A stretch of 64,000 nt of DNA. Origin: an uncultured Actinomycetota bacterium. GTDB taxonomy: Bacteria > Actinomycetota > Acidimicrobiia > Spongiisociales > UBA5794. The number at the start of each line of letters is the position of its first letter. The stretch's first letter is position 1. A program made the position numbers and the translations under genes. Positions 50,213 through 59,530 of the stretch are shown here, piece after piece. The stretch covers positions 296,773-360,772 of the forward strand of contig CAWIHT010000014.1 in the NCBI GenBank assembly GCA_963836085.1, read 5' to 3'. The notes under the pieces are model-generated. The model saw only the letters and a list, made by a program, of their open reading frames with translations, did not search any database and had not been told where the DNA came from.

Positions 50213-51121
50213 ATGAGCGACTCCCATCTCCACCTCTACCCCCATCGCAAGGGCGACCCCCTGCCCGCTCCCCCGCCGACGACCTACCGACTCGACCATA
50301 TCGAGGCCTACGTCGACAAAGCGATACGCCGCGACGTTAACGAACTCACCTTCACCGAGCACCTCTATCGGTGCGTCGAGTCCGAGGAAGCGATCGGCAA
50401 TATCTGGGAACGCGCGTCCGACCCGACCATCCGCTCCAACACCGAGTACGACCTCCTCGCCGATCGCACGATGTCGCTCGAGCGATACGTCGAGGTCATC
50501 ACAAAGGCCAAAGATGCGGGTCTTCCCGTGCTGTTGGGCCTGGAGGTCGACTTCTTCTCCGACAACATCGAGGCCGTTCTCGAGCTCATCGAACCATATC
50601 CGTGGGATGTGCTGCTCGGTTCGATCCACTGGATCGATGGGTGGTGGTTTGACCGGGCCCACTCCGAGTTCGAGTGGGAACGCCTTGGGCCGCGCCGCGT
50701 CTACGAGCGCTACTTCGAACTCCTGTCCGAGATGGCCGCGTCTGGAACCGTCGACATCATCACGCATCCCGACCGGGTCAAGTACCTCCGCAAACCGTTC
50801 CTCACCGAGCAGACCGACCTGTACGCCGGTTTCCTCGCGGCAGCGCAGCAGACCAACATGGTCATCGAGATCAACACCGGGGGCCTGCGGCACCCGGTGC
50901 ACGAGATCTACCCGTCGCCGATCTTCATCCGCATGATTCACGAGGCCGGTCTCGCGATCAGTTTCGGGAGCGACGCCCACGCCCCGAAGCAGGCAGCGTG
51001 GGGATTGGACCTGGCCAGGGAGGAAGCTGCCGAAGCCGGCTTCACCCACCGCGCCCGGTTCGTCGGCCGGGAGCGAACGATGGTTCCATTCGAAGCCCCA
51101 CCCCAGTCGTTCACCGACTGA
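50213..51121 (+). CDS. PHP-domain histidinol-phosphatase family hydrolase
   Basis: MSDSHLHLYPH…FTEH…GLEVD…GSIHW…ITHPD…GSDAHAP metal-ligand pattern of the HisK/PHP family. Confidence 0.8.
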   Translation: MSDSHLHLYPHRKGDPLPAPPPTTYRLDHIEAYVDKAIRRDVNELTFTEHLYRCVESEEAIGNIWERASDPTIRSNTEYDLLADRTMSLERYVEVITKAKDAGLPVLLGLEVDFFSDNIEAVLELIEPYPWDVLLGSIHWIDGWWFDRAHSEFEWERLGPRRVYERYFELLSEMAASGTVDIITHPDRVKYLRKPFLTEQTDLYAGFLAAAQQTNMVIEINTGGLRHPVHEIYPSPIFIRMIHEAGLAISFGSDAHAPKQAAWGLDLAREEAAEAGFTHRARFVGRERTMVPFEAPPQSFTD

Positions 51122-51131
51122 CGGCGACACC

Positions 51132-51968
51132 ATGCGACTCTCCTTCAAGACGCGACCCCAACACAGCGAGTGGCAACCGATCGTCGACTTCTGGAAGGAA
51201 GGCGACCGGATCGACCTATACGACGCGGGGTGGACGTTCGACCACCTCGATCCCATCTTCAGCGATCGCTCGGGACCGGTGTACGAAGGCTGGACGATGC
51301 TGGCCGCGCTGAGCGGGATCGTGCACCGGCTTCGACTCGGCGTGCTCGTAACCGGCAATACCTACCGGCATCCTTCCGTCCTCGCCAACATGGCGTCGAC
51401 GCTCGATGTGGCATCCGGCGGGCGTCTCGAGATCGGCCTGGGCACCGGCTGGATCGAACCCGAGCATGTCGCCTACGACATTCCGCTTCCGTCGTGGAAG
51501 GAACGCTTCGACCGCCTGGAGGAGACGTGCGAGATCCTCCACCTGCTCTTTACCGAGGAGATCACGGACTTCGACGGGCCTTTCCATCGCCTCGAGAACG
51601 CGCGAGCCTTGCCGAAGCCGATCCAGAAGCCCCATCCCCCGATCGTCATCGGCGGCACCGGCGAGAAGCGGACCCTACGCATCGCCGCCCTGTGGGCCGA
51701 TCAGTGGAACCTGCCGGGAGGCGACCCCGACATGCTCCGTCACAAGATCGGGGTGCTCCACGCCCACTGCGCGGATGTCGGGCGCGATCCTGCCGAAATC
51801 GAGGTCTCGGCGAAGCTGGCGGCCGACGGCGATCCGGCCGAACTCGCGGACCTGGTCGGAGCCTTCCGCGAAGCCGGCGCCGACCACATCATCGCCATGT
51901 TCGAAGCCCCCTTCGATCCCGCACGGCTCGGCATCGTCGCCGAGCACCTGGAGCCGGTCATCCGTTGA
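51132..51968 (+). CDS. LLM-class F420-dependent oxidoreductase
   Basis: Luciferase-like TIM-barrel signatures (RLEIGLGTGW, IVIGGTGEKRTLRIAA). Confidence 0.85.
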   Translation: MRLSFKTRPQHSEWQPIVDFWKEGDRIDLYDAGWTFDHLDPIFSDRSGPVYEGWTMLAALSGIVHRLRLGVLVTGNTYRHPSVLANMASTLDVASGGRLEIGLGTGWIEPEHVAYDIPLPSWKERFDRLEETCEILHLLFTEEITDFDGPFHRLENARALPKPIQKPHPPIVIGGTGEKRTLRIAALWADQWNLPGGDPDMLRHKIGVLHAHCADVGRDPAEIEVSAKLAADGDPAELADLVGAFREAGADHIIAMFEAPFDPARLGIVAEHLEPVIR

Positions 51969-52029
51969 GGGAGCTACCAGCTGCCAGCCACCAGCAAGAG
52001 GCGATCCAGCCGCATCTTCGCGCTTGAAG

Positions 52030-52108
52030 CTCCCAGAGCCCCCTCCGCTGCGCTCCGACCTAGCGGCCGGTGCTCGCGCCTCCCCCACTGCGTGGGAGAG
52101 GCGAAGAC
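52030..52108 (-). repeat. Partial copy (B module plus linker) of the palindromic repeat family between convergent genes
   Basis: gagccccctccgctgcgctccgacctagcggccggtgctcgcgcctcccccactgcgtgggagaggcgaagac. Confidence 0.7.
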
Positions 52109-52128
52109 ACGTCGGGCTCGTAGCTCTC

Positions 52129-53172
52129 CTACGGCTCGATGATCACTTTCAACGCACCGTCTCGGCGCTCGTTGAAGGTGTCAATGGCGGTGCGGAAATC
52201 GTCGAGGGGGAAGGTGTGGGTGTGGAGTTCGTTCACGCGGATGCGTCCGTCCGATACGAGCGGCATCGCCCGGCGCATTCCGCCGGCTGTTGCTCGAACG
52301 CCGACCAGTTCCTTCTCGTAGAGCACGAGATCCTGGAGCGAGAGGGTCACATCCTCGACCGGGATACCGACCGAGGCACATCGCCCGCCCTTGTGGAGCA
52401 TGGCGAGCGCCCAGCGGTAGGAGTCCGGCACGCCGGCGCAGTCGAGCGCCACGTCGGGCCCGATGTCGTCGGTCATCGCTCGCACCGTCTCGACCGGATC
52501 ATTGACGGCGTAGTCGACCGTCTCGTATCCCAACTCGGCAGCCTTCGCGAGGCGCTCACCGCGCCCCACCACGATCACCCGTCCGGCGCCAAGCGCCTTC
52601 GCCGCGTCACAGGCCAACAGACCCACCGGTCCGGGACCGAGGACGACCACCGTTGCACCGGAACTGATATTGCCGCGCTCGGCCGTGTGGAGGGCGATCG
52701 CTGCCGGGTCGAGCAAGGCGCCCTCGTGAAAGCTCATCTCGTCCGGCAAGTGGAAGACCGATTTGACGCCGTGGACGACGTACTCGGCGAAGGCTCCCTG
52801 CCAGTTGTGCCCGTACTGGCGATGCACATCGGTGTTGCCGTAGTTCTCGCACAGGTTGTAGCGACCCTCGACACACTTCTTGCAGAACCCGCACGCATCG
52901 TGCGAAGTGCCGGCGACGCGATCACCGACCGCGAATCCGAGGGCGGCGGCACCCTCGCCGAGTTCGCACACCACACCGGCCCACTCATGGCCGGGGATGA
53001 ACGGATATGACGGTGGCCAGAAGCCCGGGTAGTCGCCTCGCAAGAGGTGGGCATCGGTGCCACAGATCGTGATGGCCTTGACGCGGCACAACACCTCCTG
53101 CGGCCCGGGAGCCGGCTTCTCGACATCTTCGATGCCGAACTCGTCGGGACCAGTGAGCACTAGAGCCTTCAT
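52129..53172 (-). CDS. Zinc-dependent alcohol dehydrogenase (MDR family)
   Basis: ATG at 53172 (MKALVLTGP). Catalytic Zn GHE motif (GHEWAG), structural Zn Cys cluster CGFCKKCVEGRYNLC, GPGPVG Rossmann. Confidence 0.9.
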   Translation of the reverse strand: MKALVLTGPDEFGIEDVEKPAPGPQEVLCRVKAITICGTDAHLLRGDYPGFWPPSYPFIPGHEWAGVVCELGEGAAALGFAVGDRVAGTSHDACGFCKKCVEGRYNLCENYGNTDVHRQYGHNWQGAFAEYVVHGVKSVFHLPDEMSFHEGALLDPAAIALHTAERGNISSGATVVVLGPGPVGLLACDAAKALGAGRVIVVGRGERLAKAAELGYETVDYAVNDPVETVRAMTDDIGPDVALDCAGVPDSYRWALAMLHKGGRCASVGIPVEDVTLSLQDLVLYEKELVGVRATAGGMRRAMPLVSDGRIRVNELHTHTFPLDDFRTAIDTFNERRDGALKVIIEP

Positions 53173-53185
53173 GAGCAGTCCCCGC

Positions 53186-54076
53186 CTAGAGCATCGCCAC
53201 CGGATCGACCATCGATCCGGTCGCACCCTTGATCTTCAGCGGGAGCATCACGAAGAGGAACTCGTACACCTTGTCGCGGGCGATCTCTTCCAGATAGATG
53301 CTCTCGAGCAGGTAGATCCCGTTCTCGATGAGCAGCTTGGTGTGAACCGGCTGCGGGTTCGCAGGCGATCCGCGGTCCGGCGTCGGCATGACCTCATAGG
53401 TCTCCGTGTCGGTTCCGGTCGCGACCACGCCCTTCTCCAGCAGCCACTCGGCGGCGGAGAGATCGGGGCCGGCCGTCTTGTGCTCCGCCATCGCCTCGGC
53501 ATCCGGCCAGTACTTGAGATAGCCGGTGCGGATCAACACGACGTCCCACGGCCGAATCTCGACGCCCTGTGCGTCTGCGATGGCTTGCAGTTCGTCGGCT
53601 CCGATCGGTTCGCTCGACGGCAACGCGTCGATACCCCGGTAGGCGGGCGGATCGAGCAGAACACCCCTGGTGAAGAACGGCGGGAGATGCGAGGCATCGC
53701 CGACGATCGGACCATGGTCGGTGAGGTGCTCGGCGGTGTTCCCTCCGCCGTACCAGTGGTTGTCGTCGCCGATCGTCATGTGACCGAGACCATCGATGTG
53801 GGCGCCCGAGTGCGAGCACGCCATGATGTACTCGGCCATGTAGCCGAGGCCGACCTCGTTCGGCGGGCCCCACGGCTGTACGCCGCCGGCCTTGATGCCG
53901 GGAGGCGTCCGATAGTTGAGAACCTGGAACGGCGGATGGCCTGGGAAGAGCGGCATCCCGGTGAAGCGAGGCACCGACAACGAGTAGGAGCGGCCCTCCT
54001 TCACCATCTGCGCTGCTTCGACCACCTTCTCGGCCGGCATGTCCCTCACAGGACCGACGTGCTGAATCTCACTCAT
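53186..54076 (-). CDS. Cyclase-family metal-dependent amidohydrolase (kynurenine formamidase / isatin hydrolase-like)
   Basis: HSGAHIDGLGH (HxGTHxDxPxH-type) motif; 296 aa. Its start overlaps the stop of the Mo-subunit gene. Confidence 0.8.
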   Translation of the reverse strand: MSEIQHVGPVRDMPAEKVVEAAQMVKEGRSYSLSVPRFTGMPLFPGHPPFQVLNYRTPPGIKAGGVQPWGPPNEVGLGYMAEYIMACSHSGAHIDGLGHMTIGDDNHWYGGGNTAEHLTDHGPIVGDASHLPPFFTRGVLLDPPAYRGIDALPSSEPIGADELQAIADAQGVEIRPWDVVLIRTGYLKYWPDAEAMAEHKTAGPDLSAAEWLLEKGVVATGTDTETYEVMPTPDRGSPANPQPVHTKLLIENGIYLLESIYLEEIARDKVYEFLFVMLPLKIKGATGSMVDPVAML

Positions 54077-56325
54077 GACTCCTGCTCCCTCATGGCTTCC
54101 CACACTCGCTGGGGTGTCAGCGGCAGATCACGGATGATCAGCCCGGTGGCGTCGCGAACCGCCGCTCCGACGGCCGGCGCCGTGCACAACAGGCTTCCTT
54201 CGCTGACTCCCTTGACCCCGTAGGGCCCGGGTCCGTCGTGATTCTCGATACTCGCGCTGATCAACTCGATCGGCAGGTCCTTGCTGGTTGGGATCCGGTA
54301 GTCGATGGCGCCCAGATTCCTGGTGCGGCCCTCTTCGTCGAGGATGTATCCCTCCATCAGCGAGTGGCCGAGGCCCATGATCGCTGCGCCGTCGTCCTGC
54401 CCGTGCACCTGCTGCGGGTTGAGGGCGGTTCCGACGTCGCCGACGGTGACGTGCTTGATGATCTGGATCTCACCCGTCTCGTCGTCCACCGTTGCCTCGA
54501 TCGCCGTGCAGTTGAATTCGAAGAACGCTGCCGAACCCGCGAGCGGGTGGCCCGGCACCTTGTCTTTGCGCATCTCGCCGTTGCCGATGACTTCTCCACC
54601 GAGCGGCCCGAGCCCCGCTGTGACCACGTCCATGATCGGCAGGTCTTCGCCCGCCATTCGGACGACGCCTCCGTCGACCTCGATCTCGGATTCGTCCACA
54701 TCGTGGACCCTTGCGGCCATGGTCTTCACCTTGCCGTGCACGTCCTTACAGGCTCGGTAGACCGACGTGCCCATGAGGACCGTCGACCGGCTTGCGGATG
54801 TCTGCTGGTCGTAGGGCACGGTGGCCGTATCACCCATGATGACATTGACGTTCTCGAGGGGAATGCCCATCTCCTGCGCGACAATCTGCGCGAACACCGT
54901 CCTGGCGCCCTGGCCCATGTCGGACGTCCCGCTGAAGAGAATCGCACTGCCGTCGGCCAGCAGGCGGACCGTCGAATAGGACAGACCGGTCGTCGGACCG
55001 GACTTCAGTCCGAGCGCGACTCCACGGCCGTGACCCTCGGGGAGTGGCGTGTCCCAGCCGATCAGTTCCGCGGCCTTGTCGATCGTCTGCATCCACTCGC
55101 CGTCGGCAGGTGTGTCTCCCGGCACGAATTCGTAGCCCTTTTCGGGGATGTTGCGACGTCTGATCTCGAACCGGTCGATGCCGAGTTCGAGCGCGGCTTC
55201 GTCCAACGTCGACTCACGAGCCCACGTGATCTGGGGAACGCCAAATCCGCGGAATGCGGTCGTCGGTGCCGTATTCGAGAGGATCGTCCTCCCGATGATC
55301 TTCACGACCGGGACCTTGTACGGGCCGGCCGCCACATAGGACGACTTGCTCGCGACACGATCTGCGATGTCGACGTAGGCGCCAATGAGGTAGTTCGTCT
55401 CGATGTCCTTGAACACCATGATGCCATCGTTGGTCAACCCCATCCGAACGCGAACACGGGTTGACGGACGGCGCACGGCCTGGAAGGTCTCTTCGAGCGA
55501 CATGATCAGCCGGACCGGCCGTCCGGTCTTCAGCGCCATGTAGCAAACCAGCGGTTCGAGCTTCGGATGCTGCTTGCCTCCGAAACCGCCACCGGGATCC
55601 GGAGCGAAGACCCGCAGCTTCGACAGCGGGATGTTGAGCAGCTTTGCGAGCGTCTTCTGGAGCTGGAATGGATGCTGGATCGTGCTCCAGACATTCAGTT
55701 CATCGCCGTCGGGCTGCGCGATGAACGCATGCGGTTCGATGGCGAAGTGGGTGATCATCGGGAACTCGTACTCCCGCTCGATCACGAAGTCCGCATCCGC
55801 TTCGACGTCCGCGATGTCGCCCCAGCCGAAGTTGATCTCGGTCTTGATGTTCGTGTTCGCGAACGGTTCACCAACCCGCAGCGACGGGTCTTGCACGAGC
55901 GGAGCATCGGGGGCGAGCGCCGCATCGATCGTGTGGACGTTCGGCAGCACCTCGTACTCCACGACCACGGCGGCAGCGCCTTCCTCGGCGGCCTCCTTCG
56001 TGTCGGCGGCCACGGCGGCCACCGGCTCGCCGTGGTAGTTGACCGTACCGACCGCCAGGACCGGTCGGTCCTGATACTGAGGTCCGAAGCGCGGCATCGG
56101 CGTCGGCAGGTCGTCAGGGGTCATGACGAGCCGGACGCCCGGCACCTGCTCTGCTTTCGTCGTGTCGATCGAGATGATCCTTGCCTTCGACTCGTCGATT
56201 GTGACGAGCTTGGCGTGGAGTTCGTCAACGAGATGGACGTCTGCGACGTACTCCTGCGCGCCGGTGACGCGGTCGCGGCCGCCGACGCGGTTCGGCGAGG
56301 ATCCGACGAACGTGTTCGATGTCAT
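54073..56325 (-). CDS. Xanthine-dehydrogenase-family molybdopterin-binding large subunit (CoxL/XdhA-like)
   Basis: ATG at 56325 (MTSNTFVGSSPNRVGGRDRVTGAQEY). AFRGFGVPQ motif, Ald_Xan_dh_C and C2 domains. The ORF-track N-terminal extension to 56676 is antisense/overlap read-through. Confidence 0.9.
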   Translation of the reverse strand: MTSNTFVGSSPNRVGGRDRVTGAQEYVADVHLVDELHAKLVTIDESKARIISIDTTKAEQVPGVRLVMTPDDLPTPMPRFGPQYQDRPVLAVGTVNYHGEPVAAVAADTKEAAEEGAAAVVVEYEVLPNVHTIDAALAPDAPLVQDPSLRVGEPFANTNIKTEINFGWGDIADVEADADFVIEREYEFPMITHFAIEPHAFIAQPDGDELNVWSTIQHPFQLQKTLAKLLNIPLSKLRVFAPDPGGGFGGKQHPKLEPLVCYMALKTGRPVRLIMSLEETFQAVRRPSTRVRVRMGLTNDGIMVFKDIETNYLIGAYVDIADRVASKSSYVAAGPYKVPVVKIIGRTILSNTAPTTAFRGFGVPQITWARESTLDEAALELGIDRFEIRRRNIPEKGYEFVPGDTPADGEWMQTIDKAAELIGWDTPLPEGHGRGVALGLKSGPTTGLSYSTVRLLADGSAILFSGTSDMGQGARTVFAQIVAQEMGIPLENVNVIMGDTATVPYDQQTSASRSTVLMGTSVYRACKDVHGKVKTMAARVHDVDESEIEVDGGVVRMAGEDLPIMDVVTAGLGPLGGEVIGNGEMRKDKVPGHPLAGSAAFFEFNCTAIEATVDDETGEIQIIKHVTVGDVGTALNPQQVHGQDDGAAIMGLGHSLMEGYILDEEGRTRNLGAIDYRIPTSKDLPIELISASIENHDGPGPYGVKGVSEGSLLCTAPAVGAAVRDATGLIIRDLPLTPQRVWEAMREQES

Positions 56326-56798
56326 TCCTTCCCCGCCTTCGCGGCCACGAGGACCGCCTCGGTGATCTGCAGGTACCCGGCGCAACGACAGAGGTTCCCG
56401 CCGAGAGCCTCGTGTACGTCGTCGATCGTCGGGTCTGGATTGCTCTGCAGCAACGCGTGTGCCGACATCAGCTGTCCCGGGATGCAGAACCCGCACTGCG
56501 GGGCGCTGACATCGAGGAACGCCTGCTGGAGCGCACTCAGGTGCCCGTCGACGGCAAGTCCTTCGACACTGGTGACATCCCGTCCGTCGACTTCGACGGC
56601 GAGCATGAGGCACGAGTTCATCGGGATGCCGTCGACGACGACCGTGCAGGCCCCGCACTCGCCAACCACGCAGCATTCTTTGGTGCCGGTGAGTCCGAGT
56701 TGGTCGCGAAGAACGTCGAGCAGGGTGTGGTTCGGTGCAACCTCAAATGAGCGATCGCGCCCGTTGATGGTTGCTTCGATCTCAATCAGTTCGCTCAT
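56322..56798 (-). CDS. (2Fe-2S)-binding small subunit of molybdenum hydroxylase (CoxS-like)
   Basis: CVVGECGACTV plant-type and CGFCIPG…CRCAGY second 2Fe-2S motifs. Confidence 0.9.
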   Translation of the reverse strand: MSELIEIEATINGRDRSFEVAPNHTLLDVLRDQLGLTGTKECCVVGECGACTVVVDGIPMNSCLMLAVEVDGRDVTSVEGLAVDGHLSALQQAFLDVSAPQCGFCIPGQLMSAHALLQSNPDPTIDDVHEALGGNLCRCAGYLQITEAVLVAAKAGKE

Positions 56799-57667
56799 GA
56801 CACTCCTTGCAGTTCCTGCAGGCGCTCGATGGCCCTGCGGATGGCCCGGGCGCCGAGCACCCGCAACATCGCCTGTCGATAGTCCGGACTGGCCCGCATC
56901 GAGCGTACCGACGGACTGGCGTCGGCGAAGATCTCCTCGAGCACCTCGGCCTTGGCCTCCTTCGAGGCCGCGGGATCCGCGAGCACACCGGTATCGTCGG
57001 TCCGGAGGAAGGCACGGGGCCCCACGCTTCCGAACGCAACCTGGGCGACACCGGCGTCGTCGACGGTTGCGCAGAGCGTCACCGATGCCAGGTCCGTACC
57101 CTTTCTACGCGTCATCCGCTCGTACGCGCCGCCGAGCATCCGCGTCGGCGTGGTGAGCTCCAGAGCGATGGCGAGTTCGCCCTCCTGGAGATCGGTCTTC
57201 CCTGGGCCGACAATGAAGTCGTTGATCGGTATGCGGCGCTGTCCGCTGGGACCGGCCACCACGATGACCGCTTCATACGCCAGGAGCGGAGGCGCGGTGT
57301 CGGCCGCGGGTGAGCCGTTGCAGATGTTGCCGAGCAGGGTCGCCCGGTTTCTGATCTGCACCGAACCGACCACGACCGCTGCCTCGACGAGTGCCGGGAA
57401 GTGCTTGTTGATCCCCGGGTCATTGACGATCTCGGTCATCGTTGCCGCGGCGCTCACCGTCAACGTGTCTCCGTCCCACCTGAGGGTCGGGTACAGCTCG
57501 ACGATCCGCTTCAGGTCGACGACGACCTTCGGCTGGCGGTACCGGTCCCGCATGGCGATCACCAAGTCGGTTCCGCCCGCGAGAATCTCGGTCTCCGAAC
57601 CACTCGCAGCAAGCACCTGAAGCGCCTCGTCGAGCGACTCAGGACGTTCGTAAGAGAACTCCTTCAT
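56795..57667 (-). CDS. FAD-binding medium subunit of molybdenum hydroxylase (CoxM-like)
   Basis: FAD_binding_5 (AGGTDLV) and CO_deh_flav_C domains. Confidence 0.9.
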   Translation of the reverse strand: MKEFSYERPESLDEALQVLAASGSETEILAGGTDLVIAMRDRYRQPKVVVDLKRIVELYPTLRWDGDTLTVSAAATMTEIVNDPGINKHFPALVEAAVVVGSVQIRNRATLLGNICNGSPAADTAPPLLAYEAVIVVAGPSGQRRIPINDFIVGPGKTDLQEGELAIALELTTPTRMLGGAYERMTRRKGTDLASVTLCATVDDAGVAQVAFGSVGPRAFLRTDDTGVLADPAASKEAKAEVLEEIFADASPSVRSMRASPDYRQAMLRVLGARAIRRAIERLQELQGVS

Positions 57668-57688
57668 GTCGTCACGCTTTCTCGATTG

Positions 57689-58576
57689 TCAGATGACCTT
57701 GTCGACCTCATCCATCAGCGCCTGCGGATTGGCGGCACGAATCATGTAGAACTTGCGGGGACCGCAGAAGCTCTCTGTGAAGTCGGCCCGCGCTTGGCGC
57801 AGCGCCTCGGTGTCCGTCAACGGCATCGTGTGGCCCGGTGCCAGCAACTCGTTGGTGAGGAAGTAGTTCTGGAGTGAGTGGAAGTTCTGGAATTGTGCCT
57901 CGAACTGACCGAGTTCGGAGGTCGTCGGATCGAAGTTGCCGTCGATAGCGGGAACGATGACGATATCGACGTTGCTCGGCTCGTCGTAGTCCTCCCACGT
58001 CGGCATTTCGTCACCGAAGAAGATCTGGGCGCCACGCTCGGGAGCGGCCTTGTCGGCCCGCTCGGTGCCCTTGGCCCGGCTCTTGATGAAGACCGTCTTG
58101 GATCCCATGATCACGGTTCCGGTCTCGTCGATCACCGTGGTCTCGGTGGAGACGAGCTTCCCGCCGCGCCGGCAGGCTTCGATCTGGCACATGCTCTTGC
58201 CGTGGTTGGATTCTCCGCCGAGGAACAGGACCGTCTTGCCCTGGTAGCGCACGGCAGACGAGTGGAACGGATGCAGGCCCTCGGCCTCCATGCGCAAAGC
58301 GAGCACGGTGACGATCGCCTTCTGGATGGGGCCCTCGGCCCAATCGCCGTCGAAGCGCATCGTCGTGCCGTCCCACGTAACCGACTTCTCGGTTGCGTCG
58401 CGGTCCCAGACCAGATCCGGTTCGCTGAGGATGGAATCGGGCTCGAGCGTGACGTCAGCGAGGCGGTAGTTCATGAAGTCCATGTTCTGGAGCACGTGCT
58501 CGGGAACCTCGGAACCGACGACGTCGATCCGAATTCTCGCGGTGCTGGCCGACATTTCCTCGGTGAGCATTGCCAT
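57689..58576 (-). CDS. HPr-kinase/phosphorylase C-terminal-domain-like P-loop protein (stand-alone)
   Basis: FHSSAVRYQGKTVLFLGGESNHGKSMCQIEACRRGGKLVSTE aligns with the HprK_C P-loop pattern (H-G-x-V-x3-G-x-V-L-h-x-G-x-S-x2-GKS-x3-E-x3-RG-x-LV). GGAGAG lies upstream of the ATG at 58576. Confidence 0.55.
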   Translation of the reverse strand: MAMLTEEMSASTARIRIDVVGSEVPEHVLQNMDFMNYRLADVTLEPDSILSEPDLVWDRDATEKSVTWDGTTMRFDGDWAEGPIQKAIVTVLALRMEAEGLHPFHSSAVRYQGKTVLFLGGESNHGKSMCQIEACRRGGKLVSTETTVIDETGTVIMGSKTVFIKSRAKGTERADKAAPERGAQIFFGDEMPTWEDYDEPSNVDIVIVPAIDGNFDPTTSELGQFEAQFQNFHSLQNYFLTNELLAPGHTMPLTDTEALRQARADFTESFCGPRKFYMIRAANPQALMDEVDKVI

Positions 58577-58800
58577 GGTGTTCTCTCCTCAATCGGTTGT
58601 TCGTTCTCTGTGTCATCAATCCGGGCGGCACGAGGGCTCCCGGCAATCGTGATGGATCGTTCGGCCCTTCGGGGGGCATATCAGGTGCCGATCACCCGGA
58701 GGACCCTCGTCAAGTCTCGGTTCCGCGGCGCCTCATCGCTCCCGGGGGTTCTCGTTCCAGCAGTCGGCGCCGCTCCTCCCCGTGATCTCTCGGAGTGTTC
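58577..58800 (-). other. 224-nt GC-rich, hairpin-rich intergenic leader inside the operon (between GntR and the HprK-like gene)
   Basis: No ORF longer than the cut-off; contains several inverted repeats (e.g. cccggg…cccggg, gggagccctcgtgccgcccgg). Possible attenuator, processing site or cis-regulatory RNA. Confidence 0.3.
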
Positions 58801-59493
58801 CTATGCCTCAACCGTCTCCTTGCGCACCTGGTCGATGCCCTCGATGAGAACCGCAGCTTCGGCAGCGTGCTTGCGGCTCAGGTCGGCAGCGAGTTCGGGA
58901 TCTTGGTCCCGTATGGCTGCGAGCAATGGCTCGTGCCGCTTCGAGAGCCAGTGCAGATCGATGCCGGGCGCAGAAGCCGTGATGTAGGTCCGCGAGAACG
59001 GTTCGAGCATCGACCACTGCCGCTCCAACGTCGGATTGTGCGCTGCCGCAATGATTCGGGCATGGAACCGGGTGTTGTTGAGCGCCTGGTCGTGAGCATC
59101 GCCCCGATCGGCCGCCTCGTCCATGGCCTCATACAGCATTTGGAGGTCGACGATGCATTGTTCAGTGCGTCGCTCTGCGGCCAGTCGGCCACCCAGCGCC
59201 TCGAGTTCAGCGCGTACCTCGATGGCCTGCGTGAGCTCTTCGCGGGTGGGCTTGCGGACCCGGGCTCCTTTGTGGGGTTTCATCTCGACGAATCCGAGGA
59301 TCGCCAGGTCGCGGAGCGCTTCGCGCACCGGAGCTTGACTCACGCCCAGTTCGCGGGCGACCCGGGTCTCGACGATGCGAGACCCGGGCGCCAGCTCTCC
59401 TTCGAGAATCCACGTGAGAATGCGGTCTTTGACCCCTTCGGAGAGCACTTCTCTCGTCACGGGTGCGGACTGATTCTCTTGCAGATTCGTCAT
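58801..59493 (-). CDS. GntR family transcriptional regulator (FadR/FCD-type C-terminal domain)
   Basis: N-terminal wHTH (RIVETRVARELGVSQAPVREALRDLAILGFVEMKPHKGARV) and an all-helical FCD C-terminal domain. Confidence 0.9.
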   Translation of the reverse strand: MTNLQENQSAPVTREVLSEGVKDRILTWILEGELAPGSRIVETRVARELGVSQAPVREALRDLAILGFVEMKPHKGARVRKPTREELTQAIEVRAELEALGGRLAAERRTEQCIVDLQMLYEAMDEAADRGDAHDQALNNTRFHARIIAAAHNPTLERQWSMLEPFSRTYITASAPGIDLHWLSKRHEPLLAAIRDQDPELAADLSRKHAAEAAVLIEGIDQVRKETVEA

Positions 59494-59530
59494 ATCAACT
59501 CTCAGGTCCTTCTGGGACCTGCTCCTATCG

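Noticed and set aside
55567-57156. +strand ORF 55567..57156, 529 aa
   Set aside because: Antisense to the molybdenum hydroxylase large and small subunit genes, which have strong motif support.
58577-58800. Moco riboswitch upstream of the molybdoenzyme genes
   Set aside because: The context would fit, but I could not match conserved Moco-motif features from the sequence alone. Kept only as a low-confidence structured spacer.
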